Positions 25,445 through 38,700 of a stretch of DNA of 64,000 nt are shown one piece after another (within the stretch, counting starts at the first letter, position 1; each line of letters opens with the position of its first letter). The position numbers and the translations under genes are program-made. The notes beneath the pieces are model-generated. The model was given only the letters and a program-made list of their open reading frames with translations. It was not told the DNA's origin and ran no database searches. Origin of the DNA: Octopus bimaculoides (Eukaryota); assembly GCF_001194135.2 (NCBI RefSeq), contig NC_068982.1, positions 78,639,527 to 78,703,526 on the forward strand. The letters run 5' to 3'.

Positions 25445-27515
25445 AGACAACAGAATAAACCAGTGTACATGGTATTTTGACAGAGTTCCCTTCTGTGTGA
25501 TATGGTGGGTTCTAAGGAAGCTAGGGGTAGATGAGTGGCTTGTAAAAGGTGTAGAGGCCATAAACAGAGGTTCCGTCTGTAAGGTGAAAGTTAACCATTT
25601 GTACAACCATTCAGCATATATGTAGGCATTCATCAAAGTTTGGTTCTCAGCCCCCCTCCTATTCATTATTGTCCTCTAGACCATAATGAAGGAATTCAAG
25701 ATTGGCTGCTTCTGGGAACTGCTCTGTGCTGATGATCTTGCTCTCATAGTAGATTCTGTAACAGAACTGGAGAAGAAATTCCAGGTGTGAAAGCAAAATT
25801 AAAGGTCTTCACGGTTTACTTAGCAAAAAGTCATGGTTCTAGTAAGCAAGAAAGCAGACAGGATCTTATCCACTTCAGGTAAATGGCCTTGTTCAATATG
25901 TAGGAAAGATGTAGGCTGGAATTCCATATGGTGCAAGCTATGCGTACAAGAGGTGCAGTGTAATAATAGAAAAGTTAGCAGAGAAAGTAGTGCACAAGAA
26001 CCACAGGAAATTGATTTTCTTAAATGCCCTGGAGCCTTTCTAGAGGCAGTGAATAATTTTTACTACTTAGGAGACCTAATTAGCTGTGGAGGAAGATGTA
26101 CAGAAAGTGTAAATGATAGAATAAAAATGGGTTGGAGAAAATTCAGTGAGCTTTTACCTCTGTTGGCAATCAAAGATCTCTCTCTCTCTGAGCGAGGGGA
26201 AGATTGTATGAAGCAGGTGTATGAACAGCAATGCTATATGGTAGTGAGACATGGGCCCTGAATGCAGAGGATGTGTAAAGACTAGAGAGGAATGGAGTTA
26301 GTATGCTCCACTGGGTGTGTAATGTCAATGTATTTGTGTGACAAAGCACTAGTGTATTGTGAGAAAAATTAGGCATAAGAGGAATTAGATGTAGTGTGCA
26401 AAGAAGACTATGCTGGTTTTGGTCATGTGATGTATATGGATGTGGACAGTTACATTAAAATGTGCTCATCACTTAAGGTGGAATGAACTTGTGGAAGAAG
26501 GCGACTCAGGAAGACGTGGGACAAAGATTGAAGGCTGATCTCAAGACATCAAACCTTACAAAGGAAATAACAAAGGACTGAGATAGCTTGCCCCTTGCTG
26601 TACTCAAGAAGACCTGTCCATTGCAGCAGAATTGATATCCTAAAATCACCTTGGTAATGCTTGTCTGTGAAGGGCTCTTCCCCATACCTACCTACTTCCT
26701 CTCTGCCTTATCAGTCATTTCCCCTACTCATTTCATCCCCTAACACCTATCACTTCTCTATCATCTGAGAGCAGAATAGGCACATAGTACTCCATCCTGC
26801 TTTCTCAGTTACCTTCCTTTTCCCACCCTGAACCACTTCCATTTCCCATTATCTTCCCCTTGCCTACTGTTTCCACCCATCACTACCTTTCTGTGCCTTC
26901 CCTCCCTTGTGTGGTTAACACCTCATTTATCTACTGTCACTCTCAATGCCATCAAATATCTACTGCAACTCCTTCCCCCATGCATGTCCTATATTTCACT
27001 CCCTCATATAAACAGACACCTCTATCTTGCCATCTCACCAAGTTCAAACCTCCAATGTCTTGAGGGCATATCCTGACACATCTTTACCACCATCTCTTTC
27101 ACCATCACTCTTTTTATTTTACTCTCTGACTCACCTGCTCTCTTTATAATATTCTCTAACTCACCCTTCTTTCTTTTCCAACTGGGGTATCCATGTCTAC
27201 TCTACAACAAGACACCTCTCTCTGTCCCTCTATACTTTTCATCTCTCATCAATTGTCACAAAGGCCCTCCCCAATACTATTCTATCCACCCAGCTGAGGG
27301 GTTTTGTCTTGCAAGGTACTTGGTGATCTGTTGGTGCTGGTGCCACTTGAAGAGCACCCAGTAATAGCCTGTATAATGGTTGGTATTAGGAAGGGCATCC
27401 AACCTTAGAAACCATGTCAAAGCTGACAGAGTTTGGTGTGGCTCCTGGCCCTACTAGCTCCTGTCAAACCATCCACCCCATGCCACCATGGAAAACATAT
27501 GTTAATTGATGATAT
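25445..27515 (+). mobile_element. 5'-truncated degenerate RTE LINE (RT core to 3' tail)
   Basis: FDRVP..IWWVLRKLGVDEWLV, IHQ..VLSPLLFIIVL, WELLCADDLAL (about 25715-25750), LEAVNNFYYLGDLISCGG, then a C/T-rich 3' UTR and tail cccatgccaccatggaaaacatatgttaattgatgat. Confidence 0.9.
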
Positions 27516-28444
27516 TAATGAGATATTGATAAATCTAGGCAGATACACACACACACCTCTTTCAGTTACTGTCTATTAAATTTGCTTACAAGACCTTGGT
27601 CATCATAGGGCTAGGTGCTTCACAGTGGAACTAAACCTGTTGGGAAGCAAGTTTGTTAACTATACAGCTACAACCTTGCCTGTAGTTAACTGCATAAATG
27701 TGCATTTATTACTTTCCAGTTTCACACAATCTTTTGTTAAATTTTTATACAAAATACTATTTTCTTGCCAACCATTATAATAGTTGAAACATCTTGTTAG
27801 CAAATTTTCGCTGTTTTATTATTTCTCCTGTTGTGTGTTTACTCTTAGAAGCAAAATAATTAGAATAATTAGCTATTTAAAATATTTCAGTGGCAAAATA
27901 TTAATTTGTGATTATAGATGTTGCTAATTGATAATTCTAATCAAGCATAACACATTATTGAGTTAGCAACTTAAGTTAGTAAATGGATAACTGTGACAGG
28001 ACAAATTTGTCAGGAGACAGCCAATTAAAATGTCATTTATACAATTTTGTTAGTTTTCTAATCTTATCTCTTTAGCCTTTTTTTGTTTTACCTATCTTGT
28101 TTGTTAAGCAGTTATATGCCCTAGCAGTGGGCACAAGCATGATTGATGGGTTAAGAAGTTCACTTCACAATTATTTGGTCTCATTGCATGATTCTTTGGG
28201 CAGGTTATCTTTTATCATGGCTTTGGATTGACACAAGCTTTATGGGTGAAACTGAGTTTACAGAAACTGCACAGAAGCCTTTAAGATGATCTGTAACATC
28301 TCACTGAAAGAACCAGCTTTGTCATAGTGCCACACTGGTCTTGTATGGAGACTATGTTACAGTACTCAGCTACTTGCAATGCCAGAAACAAGTAGTCCAG
28401 TTGATCATGCTATTAAATTACTTATCGTTGAAACCAACATCGTT

Positions 28445-28930
28445 ATTATCATCATTTTAACATCTACTTTTGCATGCTTGCATGGCTTGAACAGTTTATT
28501 GAGGCAGATTTTCTATGGCTGGATGCCCTTTCCTGTTATTGACCCGTACCTGTTTCCAAGTAAGGTAATATTTTAACCATGACCAGACATGCTTGCACAA
28601 ATTATTACAAAGGAACAACATTGCTTGGCACTCACATACATATACATACTTGCTCACTCTTAAACACATACATGCATCATAATTTAATGTCATCCTTCCA
28701 TGCTGGTATAGGTTGGACAATTTGACAGGAGCTGGTAAGTCAGGAGACTGCACCAAGTTCTTATATATATGTACACATATGTATACAAAGGTCTTCTTTC
28801 AATTTCTGTCTACCAAGTCCATTCACAAGGTTTTGGTCAGCTCATGGCTATAGTAAAAGACACTTGCCTTAGGTACTATAGAGAGAGACTGAACCTGAAG
28901 CTATGTGGCAAACTTTTTAACCACACAGCT
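28445..28930 (-). mobile_element. Cluster of minus-strand SINE/RTE-tail fragments
   Basis: Tail ii at 28445-28600, family C tail at 28670-28760, and family A body at 28790-28930. Confidence 0.65.
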
Positions 28931-29990
28931 ATGCCTGTGCTTTTGGATAAAAATAATGTTGTAACTGACTGAAAATAAGAATTTTGAAGGAAGATTTAAT
29001 GTTGTACTATGTAGAAGCTTTTTTGTTAAGAAATGTATTTTAAACAATAAATATCAGCAACTGTGTAACTTTCATAAGACTAATGCATTTGCTGCAGTCA
29101 ACAACTTTAGATTTTATTTAATTTTTTTCTCCACTTCTTATAATTTTTTAAACTCAATAATACTTCAAGGAAAGAGCTCTATCATAGATATTAAATACTA
29201 CACTGCTAGTAGTTGCCAAATAGTGTTGATAAGTGTATGCATTTAAAGGTATTGTAAATAAAATGTAAAATGTAAATGCCTCTTAAAGGTAGAGTAGCTT
29301 AAAGGCTATAGTTTAACATGAAACAGATGTTACCTACAATAGACAGGATGCTGATCTATTGTAGGTAATATTCTTATATGATCTGGTACCAATTGCTATC
29401 AGCTAGATGAGCTAGAGCCATACACTTGCAGTAAGATATAAACTCAAGAGCTATGAACACTTCAACATCTTAACTGTGTTACCTCTACTGCTGCAATAGT
29501 AATGCATCATATAGCAGTGACCTATTTATCATCACTTGGGGAGTCAACCCTTCTGCTATGAAGGGCCCTGCTGAGAAATATTTGAATCCATCTCTTCTCG
29601 ATGCATAGAAACATTGTAAAATTTATGAACTTTGTTAACTAATTAGTATTATGTGCAGAGTTGTGGAGTTGGAACCAGTAAAAATGTTCTGACTCCAATT
29701 AAAAGTAAAATGTTACAATTTCAAATTTCCTAGATACTAACTTGAAAATCAAATCAGAGAAGTAAGAGCTTCTATGATGGAAAATCTACAAGAAGCAATT
29801 TTGTTTCTCAGAACAAGATGTTAGTAAATTTTGGATTAAACTGTGAAACAATAGATACAATGATTTTTTTTTCTTATTTAATCTTGCAGGCATAAACTTT
29901 TAAAGCTTCTTCTCTATACGTAATCTTTCATATTTTTCTATAATCTTATATTTGGGCAATGCTTTAATCAAGAGAAGGAAGGGTTATATA

Positions 29991-30461
29991 CATTATTTAC
30001 AATGGATGGATAGGTGTCCTCACCTTGTTTGTTGTTACCACAATGTTTTGGCTGATGTACTCTCCAGCCTTCATCAAGTGTTCTGATGGAATTTTGAACC
30101 CAACCCTTTATTCGTCTTATGGGGTACACTGTTCTCATTCTTAAGGTATATTGCTGATATTATTTTTCAAGTCCCTGCCTAGGATTTAACTTTGAATCTG
30201 AGAGTTAGTAGCCTACACTCTTATCCACTACACTATATACCTGCGTGGATGAGAGTGTGGACTCAGCAACATACCTTAGGAATGAGAACAGTGTACCTCA
30301 TTAGTCAAATAAGGGGTTGGGTTCGAAATTCCACCAGAATACCTGATGAAGGCTGGAGAGTACATCAGCCGAAATGTGATAACAACAAACAAGGTGAGGA
30401 CAACCTATCCATCCATTGTAAATAATGTACATAATTCCTCATCTCAAAAATATAGAATGGT
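29991..30461. mobile_element. Head-to-head inverted dimer of a tRNA-headed element with a hammerhead-bearing 3' part
   Basis: About 169-bp inverted arms at 29989-30157 and 30263-30429. tRNA-like head on the minus strand at 30168-30244. CTGATGA-A-GGCTG-(10 nt)-CAGCC-GAAA at 30343-30374. Flanking direct repeat aagggttatata at 29979-29990 and 30462-30473. Confidence 0.85.
30338..30380 (+). ncRNA. Degenerate minimal type I hammerhead ribozyme motif (Penelope-type)
   Basis: Intact C3-A9 core, extra A, 5-bp stem II and G12-A15.1. The stem III/cleavage region is damaged in this copy. The mirror copy at 30039-30080 (minus) keeps the stem I/III layout but has C3U and G12A. Confidence 0.6.
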
Positions 30462-33400
30462 AAGGGTTATATATTTGATTTCTGAAAAGTGTTTAAATGG
30501 TCATCTTTAAGTTGCTTCAGGTGTTAAGCCTTTTTTGTACCTGATTATTTTGTATTTTTACAGTTTATTATTTTTATGTCTTTTTTACTTGGTAGCTTTT
30601 GATAAACACAGCCTCTTTCTTAATTCTATAAGTTTTGTCTTATCCTGTAATTATTTCCAAGTTCTTTAGCATTTATCATCCTGTTGAAAGTTTTCTAAAT
30701 CAGTCTTTCTAAAAGTTTTTAAAATCAGTCTTGTGCTGATTGCAGAAATACCTAAAGGCAGTGTTTGTTTATAGTCTCTTTACTTGTAGTCAGATTATTG
30801 CAAATTAGCAGTTTGCAGAAAAGGATTAGTGGTTTCTTTTTTTTTATGTAAATATCTGTTTGTACTAATAATAATGTTGTGCATGTGTGGTTATTAATTA
30901 ATTACTAAATGATGAATCAAAACTGATATACTCAAAATGCTGATGAAAAGGATGTTAATTTAAATGCAATTAGGGAAAGATACATGGATACATAAAAATC
31001 ACAAATGAAAGGTTTTTCCTTGACATTTTTACATATTTTTCATTATGAAATTTACAGGGAAGCTGAGTTTCACCCTTCCAAGCATGCACACCAGTTTTTG
31101 TGTTGGGGAAAGAAAGTGTTCAGTAACACAGAGATCAATTTTAATAATGGTACTTACAGAATGTAAAGAAATGATAGATAAAAGGATTAAAGTTTTCTCC
31201 TTTAGATTAAAGGGTTCATAGCCTCATTTAAAACAAATGTAAACAAACTTTTAAAACAAATGTAAGCAAAGATGGTTTGATTTTTGGTTTCATGCAGTAT
31301 AGAACTGACTGACTGGTACGGTGCTTTGCAGGTTCATGTTGTACATGGTATTAGATTTTAGTCAATAATGACAAATATCAAGCAATGCAAGTGAGAAGTT
31401 AGGTAAAATATGTATGGTGATGCCTATAAATAAAGACAAAACAACATACTGTATTACCTTATATATGTTTTTGTTGTTTAATGTTTCTATTCAATGTTAA
31501 GAAAGATTCTCCTTAATACACTAGAACAGGCTTCTTATAATAGTACTTTTTCTCTGAATTCTTGAATTATTTTCCTAGTTTATATTTGATAAGAGGTATC
31601 TTTCCTGAAATATAATAAATGTTTTAACCTGTGTAAGATAATACAATATCTTATCTTTGACTTTATTTATTGGTATCACCCCACATATCTTGCCTAAGTT
31701 CTTATCTGTATTGCTTAATTTATATCATTTACTCATTACAACGCTTCAAGCAAATTACGATACACTTTTAATTATATAAAAAAAGCCACACCAGTGGAGC
31801 TGAAACTTTCAAACCCAAACTATAATAAGTTAGGATATTAAGAAGCAGCCTGATGATTCACATTTGCCATATATGTTGTGTGTTTTCAATTAGCATGGGA
31901 AATATATGATTAAATTAATTACAAACAGAGGATTTTGTGGTACCATTAATTGAAGACTCAGAATCTAAGACTTTGTGTACCGACTCCTCAGTCTTTTTCT
32001 GACACAGAATTTAGTACATAACAGCTACAATGTAAAGCTCTAAAATTGTCAAACAAATTTTGATAATGGAATGAATTAAGTAGTAGTTTTGTTAATTATG
32101 TGTATTTTAACTGTATTTGCTTTGCTAATAATACAGGCAGTGCAAGATGTGATTAATAATAGTTTGAAATTTTTTCTTGAAACTACAGAAGCAAAGCTAC
32201 TACAAAACATCAGTGTAAGTGTAGGAGTAAAAAGGTAAGAGCAGAAAGTGTCAGTAGTTGCTAGCCAGTATTGATAGGCAATTAAGTTTCATTTATAAAA
32301 TTAATAATATTTTGTGTTAATAACAAACTTTATTGATTAATGTAATATAGTTACAGCTAGTTTCCGAAAAAAGGGATGAATTTTTACACGTTTGTGCATG
32401 TTTCAAAGTTTAACTATATTTTATAAGTGACTGAATTAACCTTTTTTTCTTTTTTACCATTTATAAGTTTGAGGCCATGTATTTAATCAGTCACAAGTAA
32501 ATTTCCAAGAAGATCTGTCATGATACCTAGGTGAAGCAACTTCTGCTCACATACACAACACTTAACTTTCAATACTCATGAAACCTAAACCTTATTCATT
32601 GGGCTGTTGTTATACCTCATTTGAGGAGTTTGATTAAAAAAACCAAGATGCAATCTAATTATTACACTTTTAATGGTTTAGTTTGGAGTTAAGGATTATG
32701 CCCATGGTTTTGCACCACGACTGGTGAGACTGATGTGGATAATGCTTCAAGAAAAACATGGCCATAGAGGTATTCCAGAGGGCTGATGTTTTGGAGAAGG
32801 ACCAGGTAAAATAGTGTTGAAATTGGGGTGGAGTGGGCATGATCACAATACAGGTGTGAGAGGAGGAAAGGTGAGTCAGAAGTACTTGAGTTAAAGTGAC
32901 ATGTGATTAGCTAGCTGTGAGTCAGTAGTTAGATTGTGTTATCAGTCAGGTGGCCTTTGTTTGGGTGTGGTCAAGGATGTGTGTATGTATGGCAGCAACA
33001 GCAGCAGCACCACCATCTTAGACATGAGGCATGACTTTATATTATAGATCTTATTTGTTGGAAGTTGAACTATATTTTTTAGTGTAAAGAAGAAGGTCAG
33101 GTTTTGCTGTGTTCAAGATGTATGATTACCAAGAGAGATACTTATTGATGTTGAGGTTTAATTTTTGTAGTGACCTTGAGTGTTCTAGTTGCTTGTTCAT
33201 GTCTAGAGGGAGTGGAGATACAATGTAGTTTTCTTGATCTGTTTATAGGACTGTCTCGATGCTTATTGTGTTTTTTTTCAATACTGAGAAAAACTCTTGT
33301 TATTAGTCTGTTATAGAACACTATCAGGGTCTCTGTTCATGGAATCACTGCAGATTTGGAGTGAGTTATTTAGACTGGATGTGGATGATACTTCAGTGTG

Positions 33401-36400
33401 GAAGATTAAGGAGGCATGAAGAGTGATGAATATTGTTGGAGGCATGAAGAGTGATGAATATTGTTGGAGGTGACAGCAAGAAAGTTGTTAATGTATAGGA
33501 AGAGAAGTGTGGAGGACAAAACCAAATTATGGGAGTGGGGTGCACCATAATTGACAGCATAATTCACAGAAAGCTCTTTACACAGACCATGATGATGCAG
33601 TCTGACAGCAATCTTTAAATCCCAGCAACAAAAGACAGACAGAGCCCATGGGCAGTTTAGTCAAGTGAGTTGTTTCTCAATTTTATTAAGCACTAAGTTT
33701 ATAATTAGTGGATTGAGTAGAATGTTTTTTTTATTCTGGTATTGATTGTCACATAAATTATTGCTTTTTATGAGTTGTTTTATTGTGCTGTTATTTTATT
33801 GAAATTGAGACTAGAACAGTAGTAAAACTCAGTGTAAAGGTTCGTTTGTTTCATAAAATAATATGCTTTATATTTATTTATTGAGTTTGAGTTTTTTCGT
33901 TTTGGAAACAGTAAAATTTCTCTATCGCCTCATTCATATTTGATATTTCGCAGTTTTTATGTCCCTTTTTTGGGACTGTATTTTGCAACTTTATGAAATT
34001 AATACAAGTAGTTGTGTAATAAAATTGTTTTTCATGCTGAGTAGTTATAACCAATTAAAAATAATGGGCTAATTGTTGAGAGTTAGTTTATAGCTTGATG
34101 TCCACCATAGTTTATTTCAGCTGAGAGCTGAATGTTCCAAAAACTGTTCACTGGCAGTTATCTGTGATGAAAAATTTAGTTCTCATCTTCCTATTGTACC
34201 TAACCTATAAATGGATTCTGTAAGGTCCCAGAAGTTCACTGTTGTAAGTAGTAAAACATGGATAAAAATTGAGAAGTCTTTTGGTGGCTTACTGACTTCA
34301 ACTCCACCTGTAAGTTAAGCTTGAAGAATCAAAGAAAGATGTATTGCAGCACCATGCTGCTTTATCCTTGATGCACTATGCTGGTCATTAAACTCTTTAC
34401 TGAACATCCTTTAGTGCTTCTTGCTGAAAAATAATTAGGTGCGGTTTCCATTGAAACTAGTAGCCAAAGATTTAAACTTATGACCTACATCACTGTAACC
34501 AAGTACTTAAACCATAATTGTATTACACATTTCATCAATGTTTCAACTTTAGAGTTTATGTTCTGATGTTTTTACTGCACCTTGGCTGAATTTATTTGAA
34601 ATTATTTTGTCAGTGGTAAATTAGATAAACTTCTATATAAGAAAGTGAAATTAACATAATCATAATCATTTTATTTTAATTATATTTGTGTACAAGAGAA
34701 ATAGTTTATTAGAATTCACATCAGAAGCATGATTAAATGGTGTTTAATTTAAAACTTAACAAATATTAATTATTTGGTATTCTAAACAAAATGTTCTTAA
34801 TTTGAGCTTGAGATAATAATACTCCATTAGTAAGATATTGACACAATATTAAACTACTTCACTTTTAATGTTTTATTTTGAATTGATTAATTAACAAAAT
34901 AATAAAAACATTTCAAATGTTATAATTAAAGTGTCAGGTTAGATCTTGTGGATTATTTGAAAGAATTTAAAAAAAATTAAAAGTCACTGATTTAGCATAA
35001 TTTTTCAAGGATTTAAGTTGATTCCCAATCTAAATTGTATCGGTTGACTAGGTTTAGAATTTTAATTCTCTCAATATTTGCTTTTTATTGCAGTTTTTTT
35101 CTACTTAATTACCTCTATGACTATCATTTCAATTTTTAATGACATTTTTTCCCCTCACAAATAACATTTGATGTGTTTGGTCTGTAGCTATTTCCTTACA
35201 TTTCTTGAACTTCTGACAAATATTTTTATTATGAACTAGGCTAGAAATAATTTAGATTTTAGGTGGTTAGTTGGCAGTGATGTCAATGTATCAGACAGAA
35301 TGCTTTGTGGTATTAATCTGACTCTTGAGTTCAAGTATCATTAAGGACAACTTTGGGATCTTTCTCATTGGCTCTCACTTTTCAATTCCTTTAATTTTGT
35401 TCCAATTGATTTCAAATTTGGTGTATTTATGTAGTTTTGTATGCTAATTATGGAAGTGAAATTCATTTTTGCCATAAATTAATAAATAAAAAGTTAATAG
35501 CTTTTAAAGTTTGCAAATTTTGAGTAATTTTAGCCAATGGAAAGCCACAAACATATTGGTACCAGTTTCCATAGAAACAAGCCAAGGTATAGTCTCCTAA
35601 CTGAAGAAGGGTGCTACCTGAGCAGTGGGTTTTCAGAGAAGGGTGTTGTGAGACCAAACAAGATTTTCTTTATGCATGCCATGTTGGAATCACAACATAG
35701 TAGCAGAATGCATATGTTTGTTGGTTCTTCCAGGAACCACAATTTTCAGTGACTTGATGTTTATGATTTCCAACATAGAACAGTGAACCACAATGTTGAG
35801 TTTATAAGCTCAAAAGATGGTGCCCACTTACAAGTGGAAAGCACTTGGGCCTCTGTAAAAGAAGTAATAAACAATGCTGTGGCACCCACCATTCTATGGT
35901 TGACTTGTATCTGTGATTTCATGTGGTGTAAGAAATAGGAAAATTGTAATTTGTTTGACAAACTCCTAGGGTACATTGAAAATTTTTGTTTTTTAATTTT
36001 CACAACAAAGTATTTATTATTTACATGAACTAAACTACAGTTTGTTTGTTTTTTTCATAATTTAATGGTTATTTTTTATTCTTCTGTAATTTTTGTAATA
36101 AAAAAAAAAAAATTGAGGGTTTTTTTCCTTTTGATATTGTTTACATGCTTATTTCAACATTCCACAAGACTTTATTCATTAATACTGATTAAACATCTGT
36201 TGTTCAATGTTTTGTCATCATAATGTTGTCATTAAGCACAAAATGCCAGCTTCCAAATCTTGTTTTCCAATTGGGTAAAAATAATAAAACTTCAAAACTC
36301 TGTAACATTTTCCTAAAACGAATAACGTCAGATTCATTGTGAAAAATTACATCAGTGTACTAAATTTGAAAATTCCAAAAAGTGTGCGCCAAATAGAAAA

Positions 36401-38224
36401 GATCCCAATTTTTCCTTTTGTCCTTTTAGTGAGGGTCATTAAAAAAAGTATCAGTCCAAGGTGGTGGACTGGTGGAACTGTAAGAATGTCGAATAGGATG
36501 CCTTGTAGTATTTGTTCCAGTTGGTTGCATCTTCAGTTCAAATTCCATCATGGCTTACTCTATCATCAGGTTTAATACCACCACTTGGTTTCTGGGGTGC
36601 CTGTTGGGGAATACAGTCTGTTGCATGCATTTGGGTTAAACTTCCTCTCTATCGCCAGTCTCAAATGCCTTAAACAGGTCATGGGCAGTGCCTTCCATCA
36701 TGACTTAAAGATATATATAAAATAGATAACAAAAAAAACAAACAACAAAAAAAAAGCTTGTTGGAATTTCATACTTAATACAACTGGCCATTATGCTAGC
36801 AATGACCATACTACCAAAGTAAGATCTAACTTTTTCAAGTGACCTTGTTTTTTTGTTATTGATGCCTTATACTGTCAGTAATATTTAACCTGTTGTTGTA
36901 TGATAACAAAATATATGTGATGTGATAAAGGCCTTTTCAGAATATTTTAAAACATTTTGTTCATTCTTAGGCTTATCAAGCATAAAATTGAATAAAATAT
37001 AATGCTTAGAATTGAAATAGACACAGATAAACAAGCAGTGAGGAAAATGATCAACTTGGAATGGATGATACAAAATTCAGTATATCAGTGTGTGTGTGTA
37101 GGCTCACACACACACACACACACATACACATGATCATTTAAAAACATGGTCTTATGATAGAATGAAACTTAGGGCATACCTGAATTCCAGGTAACACAAT
37201 GCCAGCATTGAATTGATTACTATTTCAGATTCATGAAATTCATTTGACTTATTATTCAGAGAAAAATAGTCCATAACTGTCTAAAATATACTTCCAAGTT
37301 TACACATTAAACAATCTGATAAGATCTCACCTGTAACCACCTCTGATTCTATGGTATAAAACTATCTGCTTTAAAGTGTTAATAATTAAAACCTTTCATC
37401 ATTTTGTGTTAACATTTAGTTATGTTTCTTAAATCAATTTGATAATATAGCAATAACTGAAAAAGTTGTTTTAAATTCCTTGAAGTATTTGATTGCTTTC
37501 AAAATTAACTGAAATGCACAATGTATTTAATTAGAAATCTGGTTATGAAAGAATTATGATAATTTGCATATTAGTGTTAGTTTAATGACTATAAAAAAAG
37601 AAATTACCAATAATATTCTTGCAATACACAATATCTAGAATATTCATTTAGTAAAATATATTCATATGATTAGCAACAGATTTAAGAAGTATCAAACTGA
37701 TTGGAGCTTTAGTTTCACTCATCTTGCTGTGATGCATAGAGACACAGATCATAGCTGCATGATATCTCAAGGGAAGAGTTCTGATCAAAGAACACCGTTA
37801 TAACCAGCTGAAAGTTTTTTTGTTAATGATTTTTTTCAACAATTTTGTTGGAGTTTCATGTTTTAAGTATGGAAGCTTATTCTGTGGAAAAAAAAATTCT
37901 CAAAATTTGATTTTTTCTTGTGTTTGTGAAGGTGGGGGGCATTACCTTGTATTTTATATACAAGTTAATGAGAGAGACTAGACAATTTGTCTCTAAATGT
38001 TTTAATGCAGACTTTATTTCTGCCCTCTTGGGTGTGGATCAAAAGACAGTGTTGTAATTCTATTTTTGTGTTTGGTTTTCTTATAGAAAATGTTTTTCCT
38101 ACACACACTCACACACAAAATAAAAGAAACTTCCGTAATTTGTTTATGCACGATAAAAAAGAAGCAAAAGAGACTTTGATAATTTCTATACACACAACAA
38201 AAGCTTTCATATGTATAAACACAT

Positions 38225-38274
<50 letters not shown>

Positions 38275-38421
38275 ACACGCGTGCGCACACACAAATTGAA
38301 AGATATAATTTGTGTGGGCTCTGCATAAGTTTTTCATTTTTTTGTTTGAAAATTTTGAAATTTAATAAAAATAAATTTTGCTGAATGCTACTGCGTCCTA
38401 CTGCATGGCTGTGAGATATAC

Positions 38422-38700
38422 GGATGGCTATGTGGTTAAGAAACTTGCTTCCCAACCATTTGGTTTTGGGCTTGACCTGTTGTTGTATACATGCATGTGT
38501 GTGTGTCCATCTCCTTGTCCTGGCATAGTGTTTGTTTCCAGTCTTCTGTAGAAAATATGTCTGTCCATGGGGGAAATTTTACCTTCCCTGGAAACAGGTG
38601 AGGTTTGGTGACAGGAAGGGCATCCAACTGTAGAATATCTGCCTCAACAAATTCTGTTGGACCCATACAAGCATAAGAAAGTGGATGTTAAAATGATAGT
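38422..38700 (+). mobile_element. SINE family A with tail ii
   Basis: ggatggctatgtggttaagaaacttgcttccc...ggaaacaggtgagg...gaagggcatcc...aagtggatgttaaaatgat. Confidence 0.75.

Noticed and set aside
30168-30244. tRNA-like sequence as a real tRNA gene (also the SINE A, B and D heads)
   Set aside because: The acceptor stems do not close, the B boxes are decayed, and each is fused to a repeat body. They are SINE heads.
32700-33660. GT-rich stretch with faint minus-strand resemblance to a GIY-YIG/Penelope C-terminus
   Set aside because: No diagnostic motif survives. It needs a profile-HMM search to support.
35600-35625. ctgaagaagggtgctacctgagc, hammerhead-like start
   Set aside because: There is no GAAA box or stem I/III, so it is too degenerate to call.
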